In this document: positions 11,471-25,371 of the stretch, piece by piece
How positions within the stretch are numbered: position 1 is the stretch's first letter
Layout: every line of letters begins with the position of its first letter
Assembly (NCBI RefSeq): GCF_006345805.1
Contig: NC_042997.1
Coordinates: 47,802,001-47,866,000 of the forward strand
DNA length: 64,000 nt
Source: Octopus sinensis
Lineage: Eukaryota
Direction: 5' to 3'
Made by a program: the position numbers and the translations under genes
The notes under the pieces: generated by a model
The model's input: the letters and a program-made list of their open reading frames with translations, nothing else
Databases searched by the model: none
What the model was told of the DNA's origin: nothing

Positions 11471-11586
11471 TTATAATCACCCCACATTACTGTATGGTTA
11501 ACACCATATAGTTTTTCTGGTGCATCTAAGTTAAGTACCACATTCAGGTAAATTCATTGGAATTTACTTGAATCTTAATTGCTTTG

Positions 11587-11600
11587 ATTATATATATATA

Positions 11601-11655
<55 letters not shown>

Positions 11656-11746
11656 GTATGTATGTATGTATGTATGTATGGATGTAGTATGTATGATGTG
11701 TATGTATGTATGTATGTATGTATGTATGCATGTATGTATGTATGTA
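11587..11746. repeat. (TA)n/(TATG)n microsatellite
   Basis: Direct reading. Confidence 0.95.
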
Positions 11747-11756
11747 AATATTTCCA

Positions 11757-11977
11757 CACGTGGGGTACTGAAAAGTTCTTAGCATTAAGAGTGTCATGAA
11801 AGGCCTGGTTCATGGCCCAAACTTCCGGGTCCTTATACACATATTAGGAAAACTGAAGGACCGCTGCAATACGTGTTTGAACCTGAGAGCGGAATAACGT
11901 TGAATAAAATCATAATTAACTCATCCCCCTGTATTTTCTCCTACCCAAACCCTGGAACATTTCAGCACCCTTCGGTA
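11757..11977. mobile_element. Mariner-type MITE (about 220 bp)
   Basis: Imperfect TIRs CGTGGGGTACTGAAAAGTTCT (11759-11779) and GGAACATTTCAGCACCCTTCG (11954-11974), 16/21 matching; no coding capacity. Confidence 0.65.
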
Positions 11978-12662
11978 CTCGACTACTGTTTTTCCCACCT
12001 TATTTTCCACTTATGTGATCACCTGTATATATACATATATTTATACATATATATATATATATATTTATACACGCATACAATAATATAAATAATATATATG
12101 CGTATTATCAAACGCATATGTACATATTTACATCTATATGTATATATATATATATATATAATTATATATATATATATATGTATGTATAGACATATACATT
12201 TATATTTGACAGCGTGTTTTTTTGTGTGTATAGTATAATATATACTGAGTGCATCTACTCAGATTTTGGTGGGTCCTGTGTATTCAGGTGTGTTTTCATA
12301 CAAGTAACCTAGTGCCATTACCTTATTTATAATTTTTCTCTCTTTACATTTTCCACTTCCTTCATCTATATTTTTCTTTAGACGATCCTGTATGACTCAC
12401 TTATTTATCGCAAACAATTAACATCCCATCTTTCGGCGCGCCGGTTGCCCATTATTGACACCACATATACACTAATGAGATTATTATCAACTTCAGCCAC
12501 TGCAATTATTAGTTTGCTGATACCTTAAGGAAACTGCTATATATCTTGCTAAGGTAATTGGTGAGTAGGGCACGCCATTGGTTCTTCACCGATTCCGATC
12601 TCCATTCATACTTTGTTTATTCTGGCTGCTAGTCAGGCTGACTTTTGCATTCTCCATTACAG

Positions 12663-12686
12663 CGGACTCCTTTCAATTAAACAGTG
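12663..12686 (+). other. Candidate 24-nt micro-exon
   Basis: Branch-like CTGAC, pyrimidine tract TTTTGCATTCTCCATTACAG, 24 nt (open in two of three frames), donor GTATGT. Splice-signal match only. Confidence 0.25.
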
Positions 12687-12829
12687 GTATGTACCTGGTG
12701 TAATAGACACCAGGCAGCGACAATACATTCGTAATGTTACTTAAAATGTACCATGGTTTTCCTGACGCAGGCTCGAATATTACTGACAGGACGTCATTTC
12801 GATCTTGAAATACGTACATACATGCTTAC

Positions 12830-13023
12830 ATAATACATATATATACATACATACGTACATGCATACATACATACATACATACATACATACATACATACAT
12901 ACATACATACATACATACATACATACATACATACATACATACATACATACATACATACATACATACATACATACATACATACATACATAAATACATACAT
13001 ACATAAATACATACATACATACA
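12830..13023 (+). repeat. (TACA)n microsatellite
   Basis: Direct reading. Confidence 0.95.
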
Positions 13024-13270
13024 TCTGAGACCCCCTTCGGTCACGACACAGACCATGGGATTGCACCTAGAAAGTTACCCTTCCAGGCACAAGTCCGGGC
13101 AAGGTTGTAAGACCAGCAGTCGCTCATGCACACCGGCCTCCCCTCTCCACGCCACCAATGTTATCCAAGGGAAGTGCAACGGCCGATACAGATTGGCACC
13201 TGTGACGTCGCATCTCATTTCTACAGCTGAGTGAACTGGTGCAACGTGAAATAAAGTGTCTTGCTCAAGA
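13024..13270 (-). mobile_element. SINE family C body and 3' end, head missing
   Basis: Reverse strand reads TCTTGAGCAAGACACTTTATTTCACGTTGCACCAGTTCACTCAGCTGTAGAAATGAG...GGTGCAATCCCATGGTC...GACCGAAGGGGGTCT. Confidence 0.75.
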
Positions 13271-13280
13271 AGTAGTAAGA

Positions 13281-13435
13281 AGTGGTAAGTAGCTTGCTAA
13301 CCAGCCACATGGTTCCGGGTTCAGTCCCACTGCGTGGTACCTTGGGCAGGTGTCTTCTACTATAGCCTCGGGCCGACCAATGCCTTGTGAGTGGATTTGG
13401 TAGACGGAAACTGAAAGAAGCCTGTCGTATATATG

Positions 13436-13466
<31 letters not shown>

Positions 13467-13678
13467 TTGTGTGTCTGTGTTTGTCCCCCTAGCATTGCTT
13501 GACAACCGATGCTGGTGTGTTTACGTCCCTGTCGCTTAGCGGTTCGGCAAAAGAGACCGATAGAATGAGTACTGGGCTTACAAAGAATAAGTCCCGGGGT
13601 CGATTTCCTCGACTAAAGGCGGTGCTCCAGCATGGCCGCAGTCAAATGACTGAAACAAGTAAAAGAGTAAAAGAGTAT
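13281..13678 (+). mobile_element. SINE family A, near full length
   Basis: GTGGTAAGTAGCTTGC..CCACATGGTTCCGGGTTCAGTCCCACTGCG head, internal (TA)/(GT) tract, tail GAAACAAGTAAAAGAGTAAAAGAGT; colinear with 55193-55600. Confidence 0.92.
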
Positions 13679-14827
13679 ACTTATATACATACAGGGAGAA
13701 ATATAAGCGCTGAGAAGCAAAGACAGACAGGAAGTTAGTCAGAATTAAACGGAATAAGAGACGAAGCGTTTGAACTCTATGACAACAAGGAATCTCCGTT
13801 CATTTGGCTGAAACTCATTAAGAAACTTTTCTCCTCCAAATCTTCTTTTGTTTTATATCTCAAGTAAAGTATATTATGAACTGTTTACCAAATAAATGCT
13901 TCTTTTATTTACAATATTTTATTTGTACTAGCGTTGTTTTTCTATCTTAGTTTCTCATTTTGTTAGAAGAACTCTGTGGAACATAAAGTGGTTGAACATA
14001 AAGATGCACGTCCCACCCCTGAACAGCTGCAGAGAAGCAGTAAAATTTCCGATTATCGAAAAGCATTATTTAACAGAAATAATAAAAGAAAGAATATACA
14101 AATCCGAAAATAATAGCAAATTAAAATTTCAAGCCTCCTTTCTGAAGAAAACAAATTATGAAAAAAAAGTAAACCATGAAGCAAGATAAAAAGAAAAAAG
14201 AAGAAAAGAAAAGAATGAGAAAACGGAGAAGAGAGAACAGAAAAATATCTAAAATTGAGTATGAAAATTACATTCACAGAATTTTAAATCAATTTAAATT
14301 GAGAGTGTAAGAGGCATAAAGGGAGACACACAGATAATCAGAGATAGAGAAGCAAACAAAGAGTAGAGCAGAGAGAGAAAAAAAGGGAAGAGACAAGGAG
14401 AGAGAATCAGTTTTTAATATTAAGTTGATATAGATTTTTAAGAGTTCGTATTTATTTTGATTATCACGTAAGTTTAAGAAAAATGTATAAAAGATATTGT
14501 TAAAATTGCTAGTATGAATTTATTCACTAGTAAAGCATTGTGCAGGTTGCTGAAATATGCTGCAATTAATTCAATGGAATTGAACTAATTTAGGTAGCAG
14601 ATAATGAGCGGCAACATGGTTGCGGATATACGAAGTTCACTTTACAATTATTTGGTTACTGGATCGGTTCCACAGAGCTGAAAATTAGATTAATACGTTC
14701 TGTCATAGATTCATGTTAAACAATGTGTAAGTCTTTATATAATTCTTGGATATACATCGTGAAAGAATATAAAAATCAGGAAAAGATAGCTACTGAAATC
14801 CCAGGTGGGATTTGTTCTGCATCAAGT

Positions 14828-15049
14828 TATATTGTTCAATAATCACTTTCGCCATAAGAAATAATGTGAATAGGTGTTTTTCCTGCTGGAACAGATATGA
14901 GGCAACCAACGCGTTATACTCTGAAAAACGTTATTAATAAGGCAATGTATACACACATACATACATATATATGTGTGTGTGTGCGTTTGTGTGTGTGCGT
15001 GTGCATACATATCTGTATATATGTATGTATTTATGTATATATAAGTGTA

Positions 15050-15103
<54 letters not shown>

Positions 15104-15214
15104 TATATATATATAATATATATATGTATATATATATATATATTATATATACATATTTGTATGTATATATGTATATATATATATATGTGTGTGTGTGTAT
15201 GTATATATATATAT

Positions 15215-15248
<34 letters not shown>

Positions 15249-15587
15249 GGTAAATATGTGTGTATGTAATTGAAAAAGTTGCAGTCAACAAGGAGTACGG
15301 TTGGATATTTATTTGCAATGATTAAAATTGTTTCTACGCAACGCAGTTCTCCAGACAGGTAGTTGGTTATGCAACTGTTTTCCTGCGTTATGGGATTTAG
15401 GTGTGATTCCTCAGGCGATCTATAAATATTGTTCTCCGTAAATTCAAAATTCTCGGTTTCAAGAACATCGAATCTGTCTGTCGTGGTCTGGAGTTAATAG
15501 TAGCCACTGAAAGTCTGAAGATACTTGATAAACTGCTATGAATGTAACTTAACCGTACATGTATATATGTATATGTGTGTGATATAT

Positions 15588-15632
<45 letters not shown>

Positions 15633-15711
15633 CAATAATCACTTTCGCCATAAGAAATAATGTGAATAGGTGTTTTTCCTGCTGGAATAGATATGAGGCA
15701 ACCAACGCGTT
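14828..15711 (+). repeat. 88-bp near-perfect direct repeat (14828-14915 / 15624-15711)
   Basis: TATATTGTTCAATAATCACTTTCGCC...GAGGCAACCAACGCGTT occurs twice with one C/T difference. Confidence 0.9.
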
Positions 15712-17149
15712 TGTGTATGTGCATGTCTATCAGTACATGATTTATATTCTACTGATGTTCTAAATTTGTGATTAAAATTCGACATACTGGTGGTCTTAAG
15801 GACTTATTCCTTTTGCATTCTGAGTCCACCTTACTAAGGCCTAAAAATCCTCCTCTTAAATCACGACTGTCATAAGATTTTAACTCCTGTTTCGCAATTG
15901 AATGTAATGATCCTTAATTGCAATTTATAAATTATAATATTATAATCACAATAATAACATATAACATGCAATATATGGAATGTTAAATTCCCCTTGATAA
16001 ATTCCAGTACTAATCTTATGAGGCTTCTGCACTGGCTAGGAACTGATTTTCCTCACGAACAGCCAATTGGAGACAGATAAGTATTCTACCATTAATCCCC
16101 ACCTAACACATTGCTTTTCTCTTCACAGAATCTAAAGTAAGAGGGAGATAAGTAAAATATATATTATGTAAACTGAAGTCTCATATAGAAATAAAGTATA
16201 TTCATTTCGCTTATATGATTTTGCAATAGAGAGAGAGAAAGACAGAAAGGTCTAAGTGGAGCACCCATCAAGGCTTTAATTCACTTGTTCTGCTAACTGA
16301 CACTGTATTTGTTGTAAACAGCCTTATAATATCAACGACACTTATAAATTTGATTTTCCTGTAAGAAGAATACAATTACCTATTAGCAAAATATAATATA
16401 CCTTTATACATCTACAAATATTTCACGTTCAGGTATTTTATTTGGACATTATCAAATAATTTAGCTCTCTCTGTATAAAATAACTATATGCGAATCTTTG
16501 AATATACATGCGTTATGATGCAATTTAGAATTGTCAACATCACTAACAGAACTGAGATTTCTTGAACTAATAGGTTCTTCAAATTAGCTTTGAAGAAACT
16601 ATGAACCACATAACTAATATACTTGGCAGTGGCTTACAAATTTACGCTGAGAATTTTTTTGTTTTCACCTTCATGAAAAGATCATCAAATGCATGAAGCA
16701 AAGAAACTTACAAGTGCTTAGAAGGTTAATTTTGTACACTCTTTTATTCCTTTCATGTATGTATTCTTTTTCATTTCTGGTTTCTTCTGTCAAGTGCATA
16801 TTGCAGATAAATAATTGCTTTCTGCTTTTACATCCAGTTTAACAACGGATTATACTACACTGTTAAAGTTTTTTGCTTGGTATATATATATTCGATCTAT
16901 TTCTCAGTTTTTACATAATAGCGCACACAGGCGTGGGTGCGCGCGCACACACGAATAGACACACACACACACGATCACATAAGTATACATATTTGTAAAT
17001 TTTTGTGTGAATTCTGAATGTACGAATATTTAAAACTCGCTTGATGATAATGTTGTTTCCCTTCTCGAACTTAAAATGTTATGCAGAGAAAATTGGGAGA
17101 ACCATGCAGATTATAGTTTAGAATATATATATATATAAATATATATATA

Positions 17150-17292
17150 TATAATAATAAGAGTAAACAATTTCTATAAAGGCTTTTAAAAAAAACCCAA
17201 TTTCTATAAAGGCTTTTAAAAAAGCTTTTAAAAAGGCTTTTAAAAATATAATAATAAGAGTAAACAATTTCTATAAAGGCTTTTAAAAAAAA
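17150..17292 (+). repeat. Local nested tandem duplication
   Basis: ATAATAATAAGAGTAAACAATTTCTATAAAGGCTTTTAAAAAA occurs twice with shorter internal re-iterations of CAATTTCTATAAAGGCTTTTAAA and GCTTTTAAAAAA. Confidence 0.85.
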
Positions 17293-17337
17293 AAAATATA
17301 TATTATATATATATATATATAAGAGAGAGATAGTTAG

Positions 17338-17366
17338 GAGAGAGAGAGAGAGAGAGAGAAAGATAA

Positions 17367-17461
<95 letters not shown>

Positions 17462-17462
17462 T
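17338..17462 (+). repeat. (AG)n/(AGAT)n microsatellite
   Basis: Direct reading. Confidence 0.95.
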
Positions 17463-18994
17463 GGCGTTCAATGAATTCAGGAGTTGTATCTGAGATAGTT
17501 CCGATTTCATACTCGGATAGAGCATTAATGGTAAGGCTTGATCTGTGGATTATACTTGCTCTGGGCATTAAACAAGCTTAATTAGCGTGGATACTGCGTG
17601 AAGACAATAAAGACACAAACATAGTAATTTACTAGGAATCACCCCAGGAAACGTTTTAAGAGAAATGGGACAAATCTGTTGCAGAATGTAGATAATGTTA
17701 CTTTAACCCTCTAAACGAAGAATATGGTTAATGTCCAATATTTATGTGTGAGAGAAGAAAAATCTACGCTTTACGACGAAAATCGAAAGCGAGAAATACG
17801 CGTTTATTTCTGTGTCTCATTTAGAGGCACATGTAAAGATGCATATATCACAACATTTTTGACAGGGGCGAGGTGACTTATGTGTACGGTGGAGGGTGCG
17901 TGTGTGCTCGCGCGCACGTGTATGTGTGTGAGCGCGTGCATGTATGTGTGCGTATGTGTGTGTGTCTGTGTCAAAACTCTGTGTCTGCGCGCGTGTACGC
18001 TACAATCTTACGGTATTTATACGTTCAGCATGATAGACTGATGGCTATTTTAATTTCGTGGTGGTTTCTGAAGCTTTGAATAGTTCCACAATGTCAGTGA
18101 ATGTGATGTTTGTTGTTTCCTATAGAGGCAAAACATTATATATATATATATATTATATATAGTATATATATATAAGATATTATATATATACACATATATA
18201 TATATTAAAATTAAATATTGACTGCAAATTTAAACAAGTTATGTTGGATGCCCTCATAGCAATTACAGTTGTATTGAAATTTTTCTCTAGCGATTGTTAT
18301 TTATTTCATTTAAATAAAGTGACTATTGATACACTACAGCCAACGAAATGATCACTTTCAGTTAATCATCTAGTAGTTTAATCTGACATATAAAGTAGTT
18401 ATATACCCCATTATTTCAATATTTACATCGCAATATATTTTATTATGCAATTATGCTTGTTGTCTGAAACATTTATTCAACGAACTGAAAGAGTGGTCTA
18501 AAGACAACCTTACTGAAATTCGTGCTAAATATAATAAATCTTTGTTTTATCCTTTATTTCTTGCTTATATTTGTATTGATTTGCTATTAATAGCCATACC
18601 TTTAGCTGTAATTTGATATATATTCTTAATTTATCTGATTAAATCATATAACCATAAGTTTATATTAGGGTTGGGGTTTTCAAAAATTACTTACCGTTAT
18701 TGCAGTTAAATATTCAGAGATATAATGAGTTTTATAGTTTAGATAAAATGTTTATTGAATACTATTTTCTGTCAGTATAACCAGTAAAATAAAGACCTTC
18801 ATCTTCATTCTTTCAAATCTAAATACCTAGAATCTGATTATATCAAACAGACAGTTACATACGAACTACAAAAACATCAACCAAATGTATTCCACTCATA
18901 ACTCAGTCAACGAGAAAGAAGATATTAGATCTTCAAGTATGAAATTTACAGAAAAGATAAAGAAGTTTTCTAATATTTGATAAATACAAGGAAT

Positions 18995-19865
18995 AGTTTT
19001 ATTCATCAAACTGTCAATAAACTTTTGCCATTTTAGCGGTAGTTTGTCCAGCCCTGAACTTTAAAAGCAATCTAGAATAATAAAATCTTGGAAGGCCTGT
19101 TTTACAGCATCGTCGGAATTATATTTTTTTGTTTTTTTTCCTTTCAAAAAGTTATACAAATTTTGGAAGAAGTGGTAGTCAGTGGGGGCAAAATTAGGTG
19201 AGTATTGTGGATGATGGAGAACTTCCAAATTCAACACCTGTAGTTTCGTCAATGTTGTTTTTGCGATGTGTAGCCTGGCGTCATCTTGAAATAAAATAGG
19301 AGTGCATCTGTTGACTAATCGAAGATGTATCTTTTGTAGGTTTCTGCATCATTTGATCCAGTTCGCTGCAGTATACTTCGGCCGTGATTGATGTGCCAGA
19401 TTTAATAAAATCATAATGGATCACAACTACACCAGGCCACCATCAACTTCTTTTAATGAATTTGGCTTTTTTGACTACTTTGGTGGCTGTTATTTGTCCA
19501 AACATTGAACTGAACGTTTACGGTTATTGCATTGGATCCATTTCGCTTCACTTGTTACAATTGGATTAAAAATTGTTTCATGCTTGTGACAAGAAACAAG
19601 CATAATACAGGCTTCCAAACGTTGCTGATTCTGATTTTCATTGACTTCATGTGGAACCTACTTATCCAACTTATTCACTTTACCGATTTGAATCAGGTGA
19701 GTCAATATTGTTTGCTTTCTAACACCAAACAATAACTATAATTCACGGGCACTTGAGAAGGATCTAAATCGACGGTGGCTTTCAGTTCGACATTTCCCTT
19801 TGTTTCTGGTCGACTGCGTTGTTCATTTGTGAGGTCAAAGTTACCATAACGAAATTATGCAAACC
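18995..19865 (-). mobile_element. Mariner transposase pseudogene (Hsmar1-like by motif)
   Basis: Minus-strand translation gives KFRYGNFDLTNEQRSRPE, HLIQIGKVNKLDK*VPHE (WVPHEL), HPQYSPNFAPTDYHFF (YSPDLAP) and GLDKLPLKWQKFID, interrupted by stops and frameshifts. Confidence 0.88.
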
Positions 19866-20176
19866 AATTTCATACTGTCTGTAATAACAATAGAATGAAA
19901 TACTCCATTAATATTCTGATCTGTCTGTGATGCTGTATTTCCCCCAAAAGAACTCATATTTCAAAAGTGTACGAATTTCCCTCTCATCCATCTCTAAATA
20001 AAAATAGCAAAACACGATTTATGTATACATACGTATACATACATACATACATACATACATACACACATACATACATACATACATACATGCATACATATAT
20101 ACATACATGCATACATATATATACATACATGCATACATTATATACATATATATATATATATATATATAATATATAT

Positions 20177-20213
<37 letters not shown>

Positions 20214-20303
20214 CGGGAGTAAACACGGCAACGGGAAACCAGAGTAACAGGTTTTGTTGAATTTTCTGCTGATTTAAATAAGTATATATATATATATATA
20301 TAT

Positions 20304-20998
20304 AACTTTGATAACTTTCATCGGTTTCGGCCAGTATACACCCAGGCCAGCTCTAACTTAATAGCACAATCTGGTGAAGTTTTTAGTCATAAATTCGGTA
20401 GCATGGCCCATTCTAGCAAAGAGTTATTATTGTTGGAGACATATCCGGGTGTAGGAGGTTGGTCCGGGATTTTTTGAAGAAATTTGTCCAGTGAAATTTT
20501 GAATTTTATGGGATCCGTTTCCGTTCTGACGTATTTTGGTATGGTATTAAAGAGAGCCGGACCAGTTGAGGTAAAGTAATGGTGAAGTGATGTTGCTATG
20601 TGTCCTCAGTTCAATGTTTATAGTGGGCGGATAGCACGGGGGCCAAGTATTGGATGGAATTTAGAATGTATGCCAACATCATTTGTGAAATATTGATGGA
20701 ACATGTTCCAGTTCATACGAATGATGTAGAGTACCCGGTGGCGTTGGAGAGAGTATAGATTGATTGCCTCTCATGCCGTCAATCTTTCTTGTTATTGACG
20801 TGTGAAGTGCTTCCACTTTCATAATGAGTTGCTTTAAATGTGGAGACCACAGTGGGCAATAGTACTCAAGCTGGGGTCGGGCAAAAGAAGAGTAGAGAAG
20901 GATTACGGTGCGCGCATCTCTTGACCGGGAAGTTCTCAGAATCCAGGAGCTCATCTTGCGGGCGAAGTCAACCTTGCTGTTTACGTGGGAATATGCAA
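20304..20998 (-). mobile_element. CR1-like LINE 3' fragment related to 5248-8064
   Basis: VDFARKMSSWILRTSRSRD..FARPQLEYYCPLWSPH; shares 3'-terminal CCAGGCCA..TCTAACTTAATAGCAC with the 5248 copy. Confidence 0.88.
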
Positions 20999-21047
20999 AT
21001 ATATATATATACACTAGATAGATATATATGTATGTACTATGTGTGCA

Positions 21048-21089
<42 letters not shown>

Positions 21090-21149
21090 TTGTGTGGTGC
21101 GGTGTGTGTGTAGTGTGTATGTGTGTGTGCGTGTGTGTGTGTGTGTGTG

Positions 21150-21342
21150 TGTATGATAGATCGCTACCCACTAAACCTTTACTATTTTCTCTCACTGATT
21201 CTTTCTGTGTTCCTTTCTGTCGAGGAGCGTAGGCTCGAAACGTAAAAGACTTTCTCACTTCCCGAGCATTAAAATAATACATCTATTTGTTGTTTACACA
21301 TCCGTCTTCGTCTTTTTTGGGTTTTTTTTCTAAATTCTCACT
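21150..21342 (+). mobile_element. Penelope-like terminal remnant
   Basis: Hammerhead-type motif followed by CCCGAGCATTAAAATAATAC..., a T-rich tail and a (TA)n junction; same layout as the 33122 and 35718 copies. Confidence 0.55.
21213..21248 (+). ncRNA. Minimal type-I hammerhead-like motif (A6U core variant)
   Basis: CUUU-CUGUCGA-G-GAGC-GUAG-GCUC-GAAA-CG-UA-AAAG: stems I and II pair, zero-loop palindromic stem III ACGU, GUA triplet; core position 6 deviates. Confidence 0.5.
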
Positions 21343-21835
21343 ATATATATATATAGTGTGTGTGTGTGTGTGTGTGCCTATTTATGTTGTTTTTGTGTGT
21401 GTTTTGTGCTGTGTGTGTGTGTGTGTATGTGTGTGTGTGCCTGTTTGTGTTGTTTTTGTGTGTGTTTTTGTACTCGTGTGCGTGTATGTGCTTGTGTGCG
21501 TGTGTGTGTGCGCGTAGTTATGTGATTGTGTGTGTTTATCTGTTTGAGTTCGAATACTAAGAAATTAAAATAAATTTAAATATCTGCTGCATTGCTGTTA
21601 ATAATCAATTTGCATGTCATGATGATATACATATCTAGATAGATCTATATCTTATTCAATTAATTTTAATAGCAGTCATATAGAGTGACGAGTTACCGTC
21701 TGCAGGCAAGTAGATCATTTTTGATAAAACATTAGTTAGATTTTTATCAATTAATCAATTAAGCAATTTGCTGAACGTGTCAATTGACAAATCGAAGTTT
21801 CTTGAATTAGTATAATACTATTCATCATCACACCA

Positions 21836-21955
<120 letters not shown>

Positions 21956-23306
21956 CATTTCAGTTTGTTTATGTTAATTTCATGGAAGTATTTTTGCAAA
22001 CTTTATGAGTCACGACATTTGTCAAGTTATTAAAACTAATAATAATGTATAAGACTAAGAAAAGAATAAATTTAATTATCATGCCATTTCTATAAATAGC
22101 GCATACCTTAATTATTTGTACATATTCCATCACTTGTGATCTGTTTTCTCTTTTTAATTTTCAGTACAATGAGTGCACGAAAATTTTGATGCACAATCTT
22201 CTGTGTCTTTTCAAGATTTTGTTATGTTTAGAAATGGGGGTAATTATTAAGCTTACTATCAATTGTAAATGATTAGTTTAATGCTCTCAAAACTATTAAG
22301 ATGTAATGCGAACTTTCAATAACATATTGAGAGAAATCTACAAAATTTATGATATTTTAAAAACATGATATCCATTCGTGTTGGGAAATTTGTTAGGAAA
22401 TAAAAAGAAAATAAGATTATACATAATGACTGCAATTCTCTCAAATAAACTCAGAATTGAAAAACGAAATAAAGAATGACTGAAGATCGAAATAGTAGCA
22501 TAAAATATCTTTGTTATTGAATTTGTTATACATTTAAAGTGTTTCAAAGGATTTTATATGTTGCGATATATCTATTACTGAGGGATATCTTTTTTATGAA
22601 AATATCTATAGTCAATCTGGAGAGCAACCTGATATAAATAATTACGAATAATACAACCTCATACTTACGGCGTAAGCGTACCACGAATATTTTGATAAAT
22701 GAAATAGTGTGGACACACCTGCTGTTGATAGGAACACACATGAATTAGGTACTTGTAAATACGTAAGTCTACACTATCAGCTCCTATAGTTCGACGGACA
22801 ATTTTAAAAATCTAATATCATAGTTTGTAAAAGCTTATGAATTACCAGCTAAAAATGTCAAGAAGTCCAAGAAATCAATTTGAACGTAGTTTACCGATTG
22901 GTGTGAAGTTGTGTGCGAATATGATAACAGTTAAAGTCATGCAGTTTATCTCATTAGATCTCCTCTTCAATCTAATGTAGTCTTTAACCCTACTTGCCGA
23001 TCATAAAACGTCGGATACGTGTAAAACTCGAACCCCTACGGAAATTCGTTGCACTTCGAAGCAGGAGCCTGTTAACTGAGATCTCTCTAGCTTTACTGGT
23101 GATTCGATTGCATTGTTTTATTTTAACATTCATATTGATGATTTATGGGCTAGCCTTCTGTTTCTAGCCTAGCTTAACATAAAGCAAATGTATGATATAC
23201 GTCACGAATACATACATAAGGATAAATGCGAAGAGACAGGCAAAGATGAAGAGAAACAGACACAAAAAGTGAGAAAGAAAGAAACACAGAAAGTGATAGA
23301 TAGACA

Positions 23307-23338
<32 letters not shown>

Positions 23339-23789
23339 AATGTAGAAAGAAATAGAGATATATCAAGAGACACTGAGTTGGAGAAATAAGACAGTTTGGC
23401 CTTAATTATTCTAGGTTTGTGTTCGTAAAGCATATAAAGAGAACATTCTGAAATGTTTATCTATAGCATGTACGTTGTTGATCCAAAATAGAAAACAGAA
23501 GCTCTCGAAATAGCTTGGAAAATTAAGGGTCAAAGTCAGTGTAAATATGAAAAGTTTGCTTCAAGCAGGAAATACTCTCCCTCCCACACTTTCTCCAAAT
23601 ATCTCTCTTTTCTATTCTCCGTCTATATAGATATTTATACAGATATATACATCTGCAGCATAAATAAGTGAGTGTAGCTACCAGCTCCTATAGAATAAAC
23701 CTACGCATTCTATCGGTCTCTCTCTCTCTCAATAACTCTGTATCCAAACAAACATTCATACCACCCTACAAACATACACAAACACAGAC

Positions 23790-23807
23790 ACACACAGACA
23801 CACACAG

Positions 23808-23857
<50 letters not shown>

Positions 23858-23971
23858 ACTGCGTATATATTATACATATGTATATATATATATGTATATT
23901 TATAAATAGAGAGATAGATAGATGATAGATATATATACAAGTAGGTAGATAGACAGACAGACAAGACAGAC

Positions 23972-24031
<60 letters not shown>

Positions 24032-24049
24032 TATATATATATAATATAT

Positions 24050-24138
<89 letters not shown>
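23790..24138. repeat. Compound (CA)n/(TA)n/(AGAT)n microsatellite
   Basis: Direct reading. Confidence 0.9.
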
Positions 24139-25025
24139 CAGTCGAATAAAGATTAGTTGGTGGTAATCTGGTACCGGAGAAAAGGTACAGAGTTATCTAC
24201 CGAGAATCTCTATATGTATATATATATATATACACACACGCCCACACACCTCATATGTGTGTGTCTATTTCTATACACACATACACGCAAATATATATAT
24301 ACGTACATACACAAACATACATACAGACACGCGCGAACATATTACATTTCGTAGTTTCACATATTCGATTGCGTTTTGCGACGTAAATCTCTCATTTGAT
24401 AGATTTTCATTAATTTTTATATTTGTAACCCGAAGCTTTTATTGTGGCATCCTTTAATTTTTTGCATTTATCGCTTATTCTGCTGATAGCAATGATGTGT
24501 TGCATATGCATCTCTTTCCTCAAGTATCAAGCATGATAATGTTGCGTAAATAATTCCTTGTGATCCCAGAAAGGATCACACGTTGGTAACAAGATAAAAC
24601 GAAATTCAATTTTCACATCTATTTCGTGACAAATGACGAAGTCACGGATGGCTGCCCCCAAGGAGTAACTACTGATATATAGCACTGTGAATGACATGCT
24701 GAATGGTCGAAGCTATTTATTAATGATAAGGAGTATAGAATATTCTTGAAGAATGACCTGAAGTGCTTAGAACTACAGATAATGGAATTATCAAATATCT
24801 ATGCTGAATTCATCTCATTCTACTGCCACGCAGCACACACACATACACACACCACATACACATATACACATACACATATTAGTGTACATTTATACACATG
24901 TATATGGTTACATGAAATATTGAGGTGTTTCATTTAAGTGATATATTGCGCATTTTTACAGTGAAAATAAAATGCGTACCATATGCATATACACACACAT
25001 ACATGGGCGCCTGTGTAAGTGTATC

Positions 25026-25044
25026 AATATATATATAGATGCAC

Positions 25045-25100
<56 letters not shown>

Positions 25101-25117
25101 GGATGGATGGATGGATG

Positions 25118-25204
<87 letters not shown>

Positions 25205-25229
25205 GGATGGATGGATGGATGGATGGATG

Positions 25230-25295
<66 letters not shown>

Positions 25296-25371
25296 TAGAG
25301 AGATAGAGAGATAGATAGATAGATAGAGAGGTAGATATGTAGCTAGCTAGCTAGCTAGCTAGCTAGCTAGC

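Noticed and set aside
22165-22270. Strong pyrimidine tract and AG followed by an open frame (YNECTKILMHNLLCLFK...)
   Set aside because: Peptide not recognisable, two frames stop at once, and the donor is weak.
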